A DNA stretch of 64,000 nt from the NCBI GenBank assembly GCA_014384345.1, contig JACNGB010000020.1:14641-78640 (forward strand), in the 5' to 3' direction. Position 1 is the stretch's first letter. Each line of letters starts with the position of its first letter. A program made the translations under genes and the position numbers. The DNA is from Candidatus Thioglobus pontius. Lineage in GTDB: Bacteria > Pseudomonadota > Gammaproteobacteria > PS1 > Pseudothioglobaceae. Positions 52,513-61,518 of this stretch are shown piece by piece. Under the pieces are notes generated by a model. It made no database searches and had not been told where the DNA came from. It was given only the letters and a program-made list of their open reading frames with translations.

Positions 52513-52526
52513 TTGATCTGTGTCAA
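52513..52526 (+). promoter_or_regulatory. FNR/CRP-family box TTGATctgtGTCAA upstream of nrdD
   Basis: One mismatch to the consensus. A TATAAT -10 at 52550-52555 places the box centre at about -42. Confidence 0.55.
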
Positions 52527-52530
52527 TACA

Positions 52531-52577
52531 CCACTACATATAGTTATTTTATAATGTTAAAACACTATATATAGTGA
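52531..52577 (+). promoter_or_regulatory. two tandem NrdR boxes, 31 bp apart
   Basis: CCACTACATATAGTTA (52531-52546) and ACACTATATATAGTGA (52562-52577), compared with the 16-bp palindrome acaCwAtATaTwGtgt. They overlap the promoter core and the predicted start site. Confidence 0.65.
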
Positions 52578-52624
52578 TTATCTAAAAAAATAAAATTTTT
52601 ATTAATGTTATAGAGGGGAATAAT

Positions 52625-54670
52625 ATGAGCGCAACTCATGCAAATGCACCGCTTGGTGTTGTTAAGCGCAATGGCACACAGGCACTTTTTGATTCAAAAA
52701 AGATCCATCTGGCTATTTATAGAGCTGGACAAGTTAGCAAAGAATTTGATAATAATGAAGCAGGTTTATTAACGGCTCAAGTTTTAAAGGTGTTAAGTTA
52801 TCAGGTAGAACAAACGCCAGAGATTGAGCACATACAAGATGTGGTTGAGCAGGTGCTAATATCATCTAACTTTATTAAAACGGCTAGGGCTTACATTGCT
52901 TATCGTCAACAGCATAAAACACTAAGAGAAGATAAAAAAACCTTAGTAGATGTTGCCTCATCCATTAACGAATATTTAGATAGAGCAGATTGGCGAGTAA
53001 ATGCCAATGCTAACCAAGGCTATTCATTGGGCGGATTGATTTTAAATGTCTCTGGCAAGGTGATCGCTAATTATTGGTTAAGCCATGTTTATGCGCCTGA
53101 GATAGGCAATGCGCACCGTCAAGGTGATTTGCACATTCATGATTTAGATATGCTGGCAGGATACTGTGCAGGTTGGTCATTAAGAACCTTGCTAAGAGAA
53201 GGTTTAAATGGTGTTGATGGGCGGATTGAAGCTGGCCCGCCAAAACACTTAACCAGTGCGGTTGGGCAAATGGTGAATTTCCTAGGAACGCTGCAAAATG
53301 AATGGGCTGGCGCTCAGGCGTTTAGTTCTTTTGATACTTATGTGGCGCCATATATTCGCCTAGACAATTTAAGCTATGAAGCGGTTAAGCAAAGTATTCA
53401 AGAGCTTATTTATAATTTAAATGTGCCTTCACGCTGGGGTACGCAAACCCCGTTTACCAATTTGACTTTTGACTGGGTGTGCCCCGAAGATTTGCGTGAT
53501 CAGGTGCCGATGATGGGTGACGAAGAAATGCCGTTTACTTACGGTGATTTGCAAGCAGAAATGGACATGATTAATCGCGCCTATATTGAGGTAATGACTG
53601 AGGGTGATGCGAAAGGACGTGTGTTTACCTTTCCTATACCAACCTACAACATGACGCCGGACTTTCCTTGGGAAAGTGACAATGCTAAGCGTTTATTTGA
53701 CATGACCGCTAAATACGGCCTGCCATATTTTCAAAACTTTTTAAATTCTGATCTTAAGCCCAACATGGTTCGCTCAATGTGCTGTCGATTGCAGCTAGAT
53801 CTGAACGAATTACTCAAGCGTGGCAATGGGCTGTTTGGTTCTGCTGAGCAAACAGGATCTTTAGGCGTAGTCACGGTTAATTGTGCTAGGTTGGGCCACA
53901 CCTATCAAGCTGACAAGGTTGGCTTGTACAAACGGCTGGATGATTTATTGTTAATGGCAAAAGACTCCCTTGAAGTTAAGCGAAAGGTGGTGCAAAAGTT
54001 AATGGACAACGGCTTGTTTCCATACACTAGGCGCTATTTAGGTACACTTAGAAATCATTTTTCAACCATTGGTGTTAATGGTATTAATGAAATGATCCGT
54101 AACTTTTATCAAGATCAAGAGGATATTGCTTCAGAAAAAGGCCATAGTATGGCGGTAGAGTTTTTAGATCATATCCGTCAACGAATGATTGAATTTCAAG
54201 AGCAAACAGGCCATATGTTTAATCTTGAAGCAACACCAGCAGAAGGCACAACCTACAGATTTGCCAAGGAAGATATGAAGCGCTATGAGGGCATTCTTCA
54301 TGCAGGCACCAAGGATAAGCCATACTATACAAACTCATCTCAATTGCCAGTTGGCTATACATCAGATCCATTTGAGGCACTTGAAAGACAAGATGAGCTG
54401 CAAACTAAATACACAGGCGGGACGGTACTGCACCTATATATGGGTGAGCGCATCAGTAGCGGCAAGGCGTGTATGAAAATGGTGAAACGCTCCCTAGAGA
54501 ATTTCCGTCTGCCCTATATTACCATTACACCAACGTTTTCTATTTGCCCAACACATGGCTATATTGACGGCGAACATGAGTTTTGTCCAAAATGTGACGA
54601 GGCATTATTAGCTAAAAAACAATTAAAAACAACCGGAGAAAAAAATGAAAAAAACATTATTAACCAATAG
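52625..54670 (+). CDS. nrdD: anaerobic (class III) ribonucleoside-triphosphate reductase, body; the frame ends before the glycyl-radical motif
   Basis: N-terminal ATP-cone, a conserved catalytic core and the C-terminal Zn site (CPTH...CPKC). The ORF stops at TAG 54668-54670 after two A7 runs. Confidence 0.9.
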   Translation: MSATHANAPLGVVKRNGTQALFDSKKIHLAIYRAGQVSKEFDNNEAGLLTAQVLKVLSYQVEQTPEIEHIQDVVEQVLISSNFIKTARAYIAYRQQHKTLREDKKTLVDVASSINEYLDRADWRVNANANQGYSLGGLILNVSGKVIANYWLSHVYAPEIGNAHRQGDLHIHDLDMLAGYCAGWSLRTLLREGLNGVDGRIEAGPPKHLTSAVGQMVNFLGTLQNEWAGAQAFSSFDTYVAPYIRLDNLSYEAVKQSIQELIYNLNVPSRWGTQTPFTNLTFDWVCPEDLRDQVPMMGDEEMPFTYGDLQAEMDMINRAYIEVMTEGDAKGRVFTFPIPTYNMTPDFPWESDNAKRLFDMTAKYGLPYFQNFLNSDLKPNMVRSMCCRLQLDLNELLKRGNGLFGSAEQTGSLGVVTVNCARLGHTYQADKVGLYKRLDDLLLMAKDSLEVKRKVVQKLMDNGLFPYTRRYLGTLRNHFSTIGVNGINEMIRNFYQDQEDIASEKGHSMAVEFLDHIRQRMIEFQEQTGHMFNLEATPAEGTTYRFAKEDMKRYEGILHAGTKDKPYYTNSSQLPVGYTSDPFEALERQDELQTKYTGGTVLHLYMGERISSGKACMKMVKRSLENFRLPYITITPTFSICPTHGYIDGEHEFCPKCDEALLAKKQLKTTGEKNEKNIINQ

Positions 54671-54797
54671 TGAAAGACAACCATGTGAAGTTTGGACGCG
54701 TGTTATGGGCTATCATCGTCCCGTAACAAGCTTTAATCCAGGCAAGCAGTCAGAGCACCGAGAAAGACAGTATTTTAAAGAAAATAGAGTCAATTAA
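54645..54797 (+). CDS. NrdD C-terminal glycyl-radical segment in the +1 frame (50 codons)
   Basis: ATG at 54645 is preceded by GGAG (54635-54638). Translation MKKTLLTNSERQPCEVWTRVMGYHRPVTSFNPGKQSEHRERQYFKENRVN contains the RVxGY glycyl-radical motif. Its TAA overlaps the nrdG ATG. Confidence 0.6.
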   Translation: MKKTLLTNSERQPCEVWTRVMGYHRPVTSFNPGKQSEHRERQYFKENRVN

Positions 54798-55414
54798 TGA
54801 GCATTGCAGTTGGCGGGTTTGAGCCGCTTACCAGTATTGATTACCCGGATCATTTGGCCTGTGTGGTATTTACACAAGGATGCCCTTGGCGCTGTGGTTA
54901 TTGCCATAATCATGATTTAATCCCGGCCAGTAAGCAGTCGTTATTTGACTGGGACGACATACTGAGCTTTATTAAAAGTCGTCAAGGGTTGTTGGATGCG
55001 GTAGTGTTTAGTGGTGGAGAGCCTTGTTTGCAAAATAAATTGCTCGAAGCGATGGCGCAAGTTAAAGCATTAGGCTTTAAGGTTGGATTGCATACGGGTG
55101 GTGCTTATCCGGCGCGTTTCGCTGCGTGTTTGAAATTCGTTGATTGGGTGGGTTTTGATGTTAAGCATTTTCCAATGGATTATGAACAAGTCACCAAAAC
55201 ACCAAACTCAGGAGAAAAAGCCTGGGAGTCTTTAGAGATGTTGTTGCATGCCAATGTGGCGCATCAGTTGCGAATCACCAGACATCCTGAGTTGATGAGC
55301 CAAGAACAACTTGATCGACTCAAGCGTTTGCTATATCAAACTTATCAAGAGGAGCTTGTTGTTCAGACGTGCAATACTGCACACTGTTTGGATGAAAAAC
55401 TTCGTATTGTTTAG
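54797..55414 (+). CDS. nrdG: anaerobic ribonucleotide reductase activating radical SAM protein
   Basis: CPWRCGYCHN (CxxxCxxC) motif, VVFSGGEP and 205 aa. Confidence 0.9.
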   Translation: MSIAVGGFEPLTSIDYPDHLACVVFTQGCPWRCGYCHNHDLIPASKQSLFDWDDILSFIKSRQGLLDAVVFSGGEPCLQNKLLEAMAQVKALGFKVGLHTGGAYPARFAACLKFVDWVGFDVKHFPMDYEQVTKTPNSGEKAWESLEMLLHANVAHQLRITRHPELMSQEQLDRLKRLLYQTYQEELVVQTCNTAHCLDEKLRIV

Positions 55415-55417
55415 CGC

Positions 55418-55447
55418 AAAAAAAAGAGCGCATCAGCGCTCTTTTTT
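55418..55447. terminator. bidirectional rho-independent terminator between nrdG and tsf
   Basis: A8-AGAGCGC-ATCA-GCGCTCT-T6. Confidence 0.8.
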
Positions 55448-55467
55448 AAAACTTTCAAATAAAGGGA

Positions 55468-56346
55468 TTAGCCTTTCATTTGTGCCGCCACTTCTTCAGC
55501 AAAGTTTTCTTCTTTCTTTTCAATGCCTTCGCCAACTTCGAATCTAACGAATGATTTAACTTCAGCATTATTTGCCTTAGCAAGTGCACCAACGGTTGTA
55601 TCAGGGTCTTTAACAAAAGCCTGGCCGTAAAGCGTTACTTCATTAACAAACTTCTTCATGCGGCCGCCAATCATTTTTTCAATGATGTTGTCTGGCTTGC
55701 CAGATTCACGAGCTTGCTCGACGAAAATTGCTTTTTCTCTTTCAAGTAGCTCTGGATTAAGCTCATCTTCAGTCACACACTCAGGGCGTGCAGCAGCAAC
55801 ATGCATAGCAATGTCTTTTGCCAATGACTCATCGCCACCTTCAATAACTGACAATACTGCAATGCGCTCACCATGCTTGTAAGCGCCAATAACGCCAGTA
55901 CCAGCAGTGATAGTTTGAACACGACGAATTAAAACATTCTCACCCACTTTAGCTACAATATCTTCACGAGCTTTTTCAAGTGAATCGCCATTGTCCAAAG
56001 TTTGAGTTAGGAATTCATCGATATTTGCTGGTGTTGTTTTAAGTGCTAATGCACCTAATGTGTCAACAAAACCTTTAAAGTCATCACTCTTAGTAACAAA
56101 ATCAGTTTCAGAGTTAACCTCTAGAATAGTTGCTGTTTTGTTGTCATCACTAATGTTAACCTTAACCAAGCCTTCTGCAGCAACACGGCCTGATTTTTTG
56201 GCTGCTTTTGCAGCACCAGAAGCACGCATTAAATCAATTGCTGCCTCCATGTCGCCGTTGGTTTCTGTCAAGGCTTTTTTACAGTCCATCATGCCTGCGC
56301 CAGTTCTTTCTCTTAAATCTTTAACTAAAGCTGCTGTAATTGCCAT
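55468..56346 (-). CDS. tsf: translation elongation factor Ts
   Basis: MAITAALVKDLRERTGAGMMDCKKAL N-terminus. 292 aa. Confidence 0.96.
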   Translation of the reverse strand: MAITAALVKDLRERTGAGMMDCKKALTETNGDMEAAIDLMRASGAAKAAKKSGRVAAEGLVKVNISDDNKTATILEVNSETDFVTKSDDFKGFVDTLGALALKTTPANIDEFLTQTLDNGDSLEKAREDIVAKVGENVLIRRVQTITAGTGVIGAYKHGERIAVLSVIEGGDESLAKDIAMHVAAARPECVTEDELNPELLEREKAIFVEQARESGKPDNIIEKMIGGRMKKFVNEVTLYGQAFVKDPDTTVGALAKANNAEVKSFVRFEVGEGIEKKEENFAEEVAAQMKG

Positions 56347-56371
56347 AATTATCTCCTATGAATTTTTGTGT

Positions 56372-57274
56372 TTATGCAAGCTTTGCAATAATGTCTGCTT
56401 TGGTATCTTTGCTAGCTACTTCAACACCTTGCTTTTTAGCAAGTGCAACTAAATCAGCCTTAAGCATGGCATTAAGGTCTGTTTCTGCTGGTTTAGCAAC
56501 TTCTTCTTTAGCAACAGGTGCTTCAGCTTGTTCTTCAACTGCTTTTTTAGGTGCTGCTTTTTTTGCAACAGGTGCTTTTTTAACTTGAGTGCCGGCAGCA
56601 GCTTTTGCTTCTAGCACTGCATTGGCTACTTCTCTTGCGTAATAGCTAATTGCCCTAATAGAGTCATCGTTACCAGGAACAACGTAATCAATGCCTTCAG
56701 GGTTGTGATTAGTATCAACAATACCGATAATTGGAAGGCCTAATTTTTTAGATTCTGCAATGGCATTTTTCTCATGACCAATATCGATCACAAATACAAC
56801 ATCCGGAATGCCGCCTAGATCTTTAATACCACCCAAGCTACGCTCTAATTTTTCCATTTCACGAGTCATCATTAACGCTTCTTTTTTACCAAATTGAGAA
56901 AAATTTTCTTCAGCCAAGAACTCAAGGTCTTTTAGACGCTTGATTGAAGCTTTAATGGTTTTGTAGTTTGTCATCATGCCACCTAACCAACGATGGTTAA
57001 CGAAAGGCATGCCACAACGAATTGCTTCTTCTTTCATGATGTCGCTTGCTGCACGCTTAGTGCCAACAAACAGAATTGAGCCGCCTGCTGCTGCAGTTTT
57101 TGATGCGAAATTAAGCACATCGTTAAACATTGGCAGGGTTTTTTCTAGGTTAATGATATGCACACCGTTACGAGTACCGTAGATGTATTGATCCATTTTT
57201 GGGTGCCAGAAGCGTGAACGGTGACCAAAGTGAACACCTGCCTCAAGCATTTTTTTCATTGACGTTTTTGCCAT
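56372..57274 (-). CDS. rpsB: 30S ribosomal protein S2 with a C-terminal extension of about 70 aa
   Basis: [10 protein letters not shown]...[10 protein letters not shown] core. The ATG at 57274 is preceded by GGAG. The track ORF to 57340 is over-extended. Confidence 0.95.
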   Translation of the reverse strand: MAKTSMKKMLEAGVHFGHRSRFWHPKMDQYIYGTRNGVHIINLEKTLPMFNDVLNFASKTAAAGGSILFVGTKRAASDIMKEEAIRCGMPFVNHRWLGGMMTNYKTIKASIKRLKDLEFLAEENFSQFGKKEALMMTREMEKLERSLGGIKDLGGIPDVVFVIDIGHEKNAIAESKKLGLPIIGIVDTNHNPEGIDYVVPGNDDSIRAISYYAREVANAVLEAKAAAGTQVKKAPVAKKAAPKKAVEEQAEAPVAKEEVAKPAETDLNAMLKADLVALAKKQGVEVASKDTKADIIAKLA

Positions 57275-57387
57275 TTTTATTTCTCCGGGGTTGTTAAGGT
57301 GCCTTTTGCGCACCATTCTTCCACAATTTCTAGCAATCAACTCTTATATAAGAGCACCCTGATTGCCATGACAAATTGTGTGATACA

Positions 57388-57427
57388 TTAAAACGAGTTA
57401 GGCGCTTGATATACAAGCGCCTAACTC
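57388..57427 (-). terminator. rho-independent terminator downstream of rpe (14-bp stem)
   Basis: GAGTTAGGCGCTTG-ATATA-CAAGCGCCTAACTC, followed on the minus strand by GTTTTAA. Confidence 0.7.
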
Positions 57428-57534
57428 AACTTTAGGTTTATTGCGAAACAGTTATTGTTAAGCCAAAACCTTAAAAAATGCAATTATACCGTATTCATGT
57501 TGATGCATCAAGCATTAGCACGGTTTGATGCAAG

Positions 57535-58209
57535 CTATTTCGCCTTAGCTAACTCTGCACGCATCGAATCAATAGTTGCCTTGTAATCTTCTGTGTTAAA
57601 GATGGCTGAACCTGCTACAAACGTATCTGCACCAGCTTCCGCTACTTCACGGATGTTAGCAGGGCCGACGCCACCGTCGATTTCTAGGCGGATGTCTTTG
57701 CCACTTGCGTCAATAAGTTTGCGAACTTGACGACATTTTTCTAGTGTTTGTGGAATGAATGATTGTCCGCCAAAGCCTGGGTTCACTGACATTAATAAAA
57801 TCATATCAACTTTATCCATGACATTTTCAAGTACATGTAATGGCGTTGCTGGGTTGAATACCAAACCAGATTTACAGCCCGCTTCTTGAATCATGCCAAG
57901 TGAACGGTCGATGTGCTCAGAAGCCTCTGGGTGGAAAGTAATGTATGAAGCGCCAGCAGCAACGAAATCTGGAATGATTCTGTCAACTGGTTTAACCATA
58001 AGGTGCACATCAATTGGTGCGGTAACACCATGAGATCTTAATGCGTCACATACCATTGGACCAATGGTTAAGTTTGGTACGTAGTGGTTGTCCATAACGT
58101 CAAAGTGAACGATATCAGCGCCATCACGCAATACGTTGTCCACTTCCTCGCCCAGTCTTGCAAAGTCTGCTGCCAAAATTGATGGCGCAATAAAGTAATC
58201 TTGTTTCAT
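57535..58209 (-). CDS. rpe: ribulose-phosphate 3-epimerase
   Basis: [16 protein letters not shown]...[12 protein letters not shown]...GGV motifs. 224 aa. Confidence 0.95.
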   Translation of the reverse strand: MKQDYFIAPSILAADFARLGEEVDNVLRDGADIVHFDVMDNHYVPNLTIGPMVCDALRSHGVTAPIDVHLMVKPVDRIIPDFVAAGASYITFHPEASEHIDRSLGMIQEAGCKSGLVFNPATPLHVLENVMDKVDMILLMSVNPGFGGQSFIPQTLEKCRQVRKLIDASGKDIRLEIDGGVGPANIREVAEAGADTFVAGSAIFNTEDYKATIDSMRAELAKAK

Positions 58210-58241
58210 GTTTTTCTCCTAAATTATGGTTTGTAATTATT

Positions 58242-59780
58242 TTACTTAAAAGTTAGTAAGCTTTTGCCTGTCATTTCTGTAGGTTGTTCAACACCCATCA
58301 TGGCTAATAATGTGGGCGCGATATCAGATAGCGCACCCTCACACGGCTGGGCAATATCCGCTTCTCTGGCGCTAACAAAGATAAGTGGCACCGGGTTGTT
58401 GGTATGCGCCGTATGCACTTCTTGGGTTTTTGGATTGACCATTTGTTCTGCGTTGCCATGATCAGCGGTAATGAGTATTTCGCCGTCAATGGTTTTAACC
58501 GCTTGGAAAATGATGCCTAAACAAGCGTCTACTGCCTCCACCGCTTTAATGGCTGCATCAAGTTTTCCAGAATGTCCGACCATGTCAGTGTTGGCAAAAT
58601 TACAGATGATTAAATCATATTTTTGACTTTCAATGTTTTCGACTAACTCATCGGTTAACTCAAAAGCACTCATTTCCGGTTGCAAGTCATAGGTTGCTAC
58701 TTCAGGAGACGGAATGAGTACGCGATCTTCTCCGTTAAATGGACGCTCAACGCCACCATTTAAAAAGAAAGTCACATGAGCGTATTTTTCAGTTTCAGCA
58801 ATTCTAAGTTGCGTCATGCCTAGGTTGGCCAAATACTCACCCAGCACATTATTAAGCGTGGATGAAGGATAGGCAACGGGTAAATTAAAGCTCTTTTTAT
58901 ATTCAGTTAAGCAAATGAAATGGCTTGGTTTGAATGTACCCCTTGAAAATCCTTGAAAGTCCTCATCAGTAAATGCCTGGGTGATTTGACGCGCACGATC
59001 TGCTCGATAATTCATAAAAATTAACACATCATCTTTGTTAATTTTGGTCGGCGCATTAACCACGGTTGATTGAATAAATTCATCTGTTTCGCCACGCTCA
59101 TAAGCCTGTTCAACTGCATCTAATGCGGTTTTTGATAAATATTTTCCCTTACCTTTAGCAATGAGTTCGTAGGCGCAACGAATACGTGACCAACGATTAT
59201 CGCGATCAAGTGAGAAATATCGGCCAATCACGCTGGCAATTTCGCCAGTGCCGAGTTCAGAAATTTTATTTTCTAGTGTTTGAATGTATTTTTTTGCGCT
59301 TTTTTGTGCGCAGTCACGACCATCAGTGAAAATATGCAAATACACATCTTGACAGCCATGCTTGTGTGCCATCTCAAGCATGCCGTGGATTTGCTCCTCG
59401 TGAGAATGAACACCGCCATCAGATAGCAAGCCCATAATATGAACCGCTTTGTTGTTATCATTGGCATATTCAAGCGCATTTTTTAAAACAGGATTTCTGA
59501 AAAAATCTCCGTTTTCTATTTCGTTATGGATACGGGTAAAATCTTGTTTGACGACACGGCCAGCGCCAAGATTTAAATGACCCACTTCAGAATTGCCCAT
59601 TTGTTCGCCTGGTAGGCCGACCTGCTTGCCACTGGTTAGAATTAAAGAGTTTTTAAATTGCTCGTTAAATCTATCCCAAACAGGTGTTTTTGCCAATGCA
59701 ATGGCGTTATTTTCAGCCGTCTCTGAGTGACCCCAGCCATCAAGAATAAGTAGTAATTTGGTTTCTTTTTTAGTATTCAT
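58242..59780 (-). CDS. gpmI: 2,3-bisphosphoglycerate-independent phosphoglycerate mutase
   Basis: 512 aa with LLILDGWG, NSEVGHLNLGAGR and ITADHGNAE motifs. Confidence 0.95.
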   Translation of the reverse strand: MNTKKETKLLLILDGWGHSETAENNAIALAKTPVWDRFNEQFKNSLILTSGKQVGLPGEQMGNSEVGHLNLGAGRVVKQDFTRIHNEIENGDFFRNPVLKNALEYANDNNKAVHIMGLLSDGGVHSHEEQIHGMLEMAHKHGCQDVYLHIFTDGRDCAQKSAKKYIQTLENKISELGTGEIASVIGRYFSLDRDNRWSRIRCAYELIAKGKGKYLSKTALDAVEQAYERGETDEFIQSTVVNAPTKINKDDVLIFMNYRADRARQITQAFTDEDFQGFSRGTFKPSHFICLTEYKKSFNLPVAYPSSTLNNVLGEYLANLGMTQLRIAETEKYAHVTFFLNGGVERPFNGEDRVLIPSPEVATYDLQPEMSAFELTDELVENIESQKYDLIICNFANTDMVGHSGKLDAAIKAVEAVDACLGIIFQAVKTIDGEILITADHGNAEQMVNPKTQEVHTAHTNNPVPLIFVSAREADIAQPCEGALSDIAPTLLAMMGVEQPTEMTGKSLLTFK

Positions 59781-59808
59781 AACGATTTCAGTGCGCTAAA
59801 TAAGGTGA

Positions 59809-60900
59809 TTAAACGTTAAATAAGAAGTGTACCACATCGCCATCTTGTACAATGTATTCCTTGCCTTCTGAGCGGAGTTTCCCTGCCTCTTTGGCGCCTT
59901 TTTCCCCGCCAAATTCAATAAAATCTTCATAGGCAATTGTTTCAGCACGAATAAAGCCTTTTTCAAAATCACCATGAATTTTTCCAGCTGCTTGAGGGGC
60001 GCTGTCGCCAATATTAATAGTCCAGGCTCGAACCTCCTGAACGCCAGCGGTAAAATAAGTTTGCAGGCCGAGTAGTGTATAGCCTGCACGAATTAGACGG
60101 TCAAGGCCGGATTCTGTTTGGCCCATCTCATCAAGAAAGTCCTTTTTTTCATCAGACTCTAATTCTGATATTTCTGCTTCAATATCTGCACAAATGGCAA
60201 CCACTTCAGAGCCTTCTGTTGCAGCAAACGCTTGAACAGAATCAAGATGAGGGTTGTTTTCAAAGCCGCTTTCACTCACGTTAGCCACGTACAAAACAGG
60301 CTTAATGGTGAGTAATTGAAATCCGCGTAATAGCTTGAGTTCTTCTTCATCAAACGCCAAGCTTCTAACACTTTGACCCGCTTCTAGTACTGGCAAAATT
60401 CGCTCTAATAACTCTCTTAAAGGAATGCCGTCTTTTTGCCCAGATTTGGTGTTTTTAACTGCTTTTTGCATGAGTTTTTCAACAGCTGTTAGGTCGGCTA
60501 AAACCAATTCGGTGTTGATGATTTCAATGTCATCAAGCGGAGATATTTTGCCGGCGACATGAATGATGTCTTCATCTTCAAAGCAACGAACCACATGAAC
60601 AATCGCATCTGTTTCACGGATGTTGGTTAAAAATTGATTACCCAGGCCTTCGCCTTTTGAAGCACCTTCTACTAAGCCGGCAATATCCACAAACTCCATG
60701 GTGGTGGGCAAGATTTTTTCAGGGCTGACGATGTCGGCCAACTTATCCAGACGTGGATCATTAATTGGCACGATACCGACATTGGGTTCAATGGTGCAAA
60801 AAGGATAGTTTGCCGATTCGATACCAGCTTGCGTTAATGCATTAAATAGCGTTGATTTTCCAACATTAGGTAGTCCAACAATACCGCATTTAAATCCCAT
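59809..60900 (-). CDS. ychF: redox-regulated ATPase YchF
   Basis: [18 protein letters not shown] motif, 363 aa and a TGS-like C-terminus. Confidence 0.95.
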   Translation of the reverse strand: MGFKCGIVGLPNVGKSTLFNALTQAGIESANYPFCTIEPNVGIVPINDPRLDKLADIVSPEKILPTTMEFVDIAGLVEGASKGEGLGNQFLTNIRETDAIVHVVRCFEDEDIIHVAGKISPLDDIEIINTELVLADLTAVEKLMQKAVKNTKSGQKDGIPLRELLERILPVLEAGQSVRSLAFDEEELKLLRGFQLLTIKPVLYVANVSESGFENNPHLDSVQAFAATEGSEVVAICADIEAEISELESDEKKDFLDEMGQTESGLDRLIRAGYTLLGLQTYFTAGVQEVRAWTINIGDSAPQAAGKIHGDFEKGFIRAETIAYEDFIEFGGEKGAKEAGKLRSEGKEYIVQDGDVVHFLFNV

Positions 60901-60923
60901 TTTTATCTCCTAATTATGTAGCG

Positions 60924-61499
60924 CTAAGCTTTTGTATGTAAGTTTTTCATGGCTTTATCGATGTTGCCTTGTACAACGTCTTCAATCACTTGCAAAGCGT
61001 CAATCATGGCTGATTGAATAGGCTCGAGTTCGCTTTTGTTAGGTGCGTGAAGTACATAATCAGCTACCTGAGCTTTGTTGCCAGGATGGCCAATGCCTAA
61101 ACGTAGCCGATGAAATGATTTATTGCCAAGTGCTTTGATGGTGTCACGCAAACCGTTATGGCCACCATGTCCACCTTCGGTTTTGAGTTTGGCCATGCCA
61201 ACATCCAAATCTAGTTCATCATGAACAACCAGAATTTCATCCACGTTGAGTTGATAAAATTTTGCCAATGCTTGAATAGATTGACCCGAGCGATTCATAA
61301 AAGTTGTTGGTTTTAGTAGGCGAACAGAATTTCCTGCGATGGTGACTTGCGCCACTTCGCCTAAAAACTTTGTTTCTTTTTTAAAGGTGCCAGAATAAAG
61401 ACTGGCAATCGCGTCACAAAACCAAAAGCCAACATTATGACGATGTGACTGATAGTCTTTGCCCGGGTTACCGAGACCAACAATCAGTTTTATTGCCAT
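60924..61499 (-). CDS. pth: peptidyl-tRNA hydrolase
   Basis: LIVGLGNPG..Y..HRHNVGF motif. 191 aa. Confidence 0.95.
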   Translation of the reverse strand: MAIKLIVGLGNPGKDYQSHRHNVGFWFCDAIASLYSGTFKKETKFLGEVAQVTIAGNSVRLLKPTTFMNRSGQSIQALAKFYQLNVDEILVVHDELDLDVGMAKLKTEGGHGGHNGLRDTIKALGNKSFHRLRLGIGHPGNKAQVADYVLHAPNKSELEPIQSAMIDALQVIEDVVQGNIDKAMKNLHTKA

Positions 61500-61518
61500 A
61501 ATGTCTTATGCAGAAATG

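Noticed and set aside
56060-56588. Plus-strand ORFs 56060-56452 and 56358-56588 antisense to tsf and the rpsB tail
   Set aside because: These are products of Ala/Lys-rich codons read backwards. There is no Shine-Dalgarno sequence and they overlap essential genes.
57500-57532. TTGATGCATCAA palindrome and an 8-bp hairpin just downstream of the rpe stop, considered as an FNR site
   Set aside because: The half-sites are separated by 2 nt, not 4, and it lies downstream of a gene. It is more likely part of the 3'-end structure of rpe.
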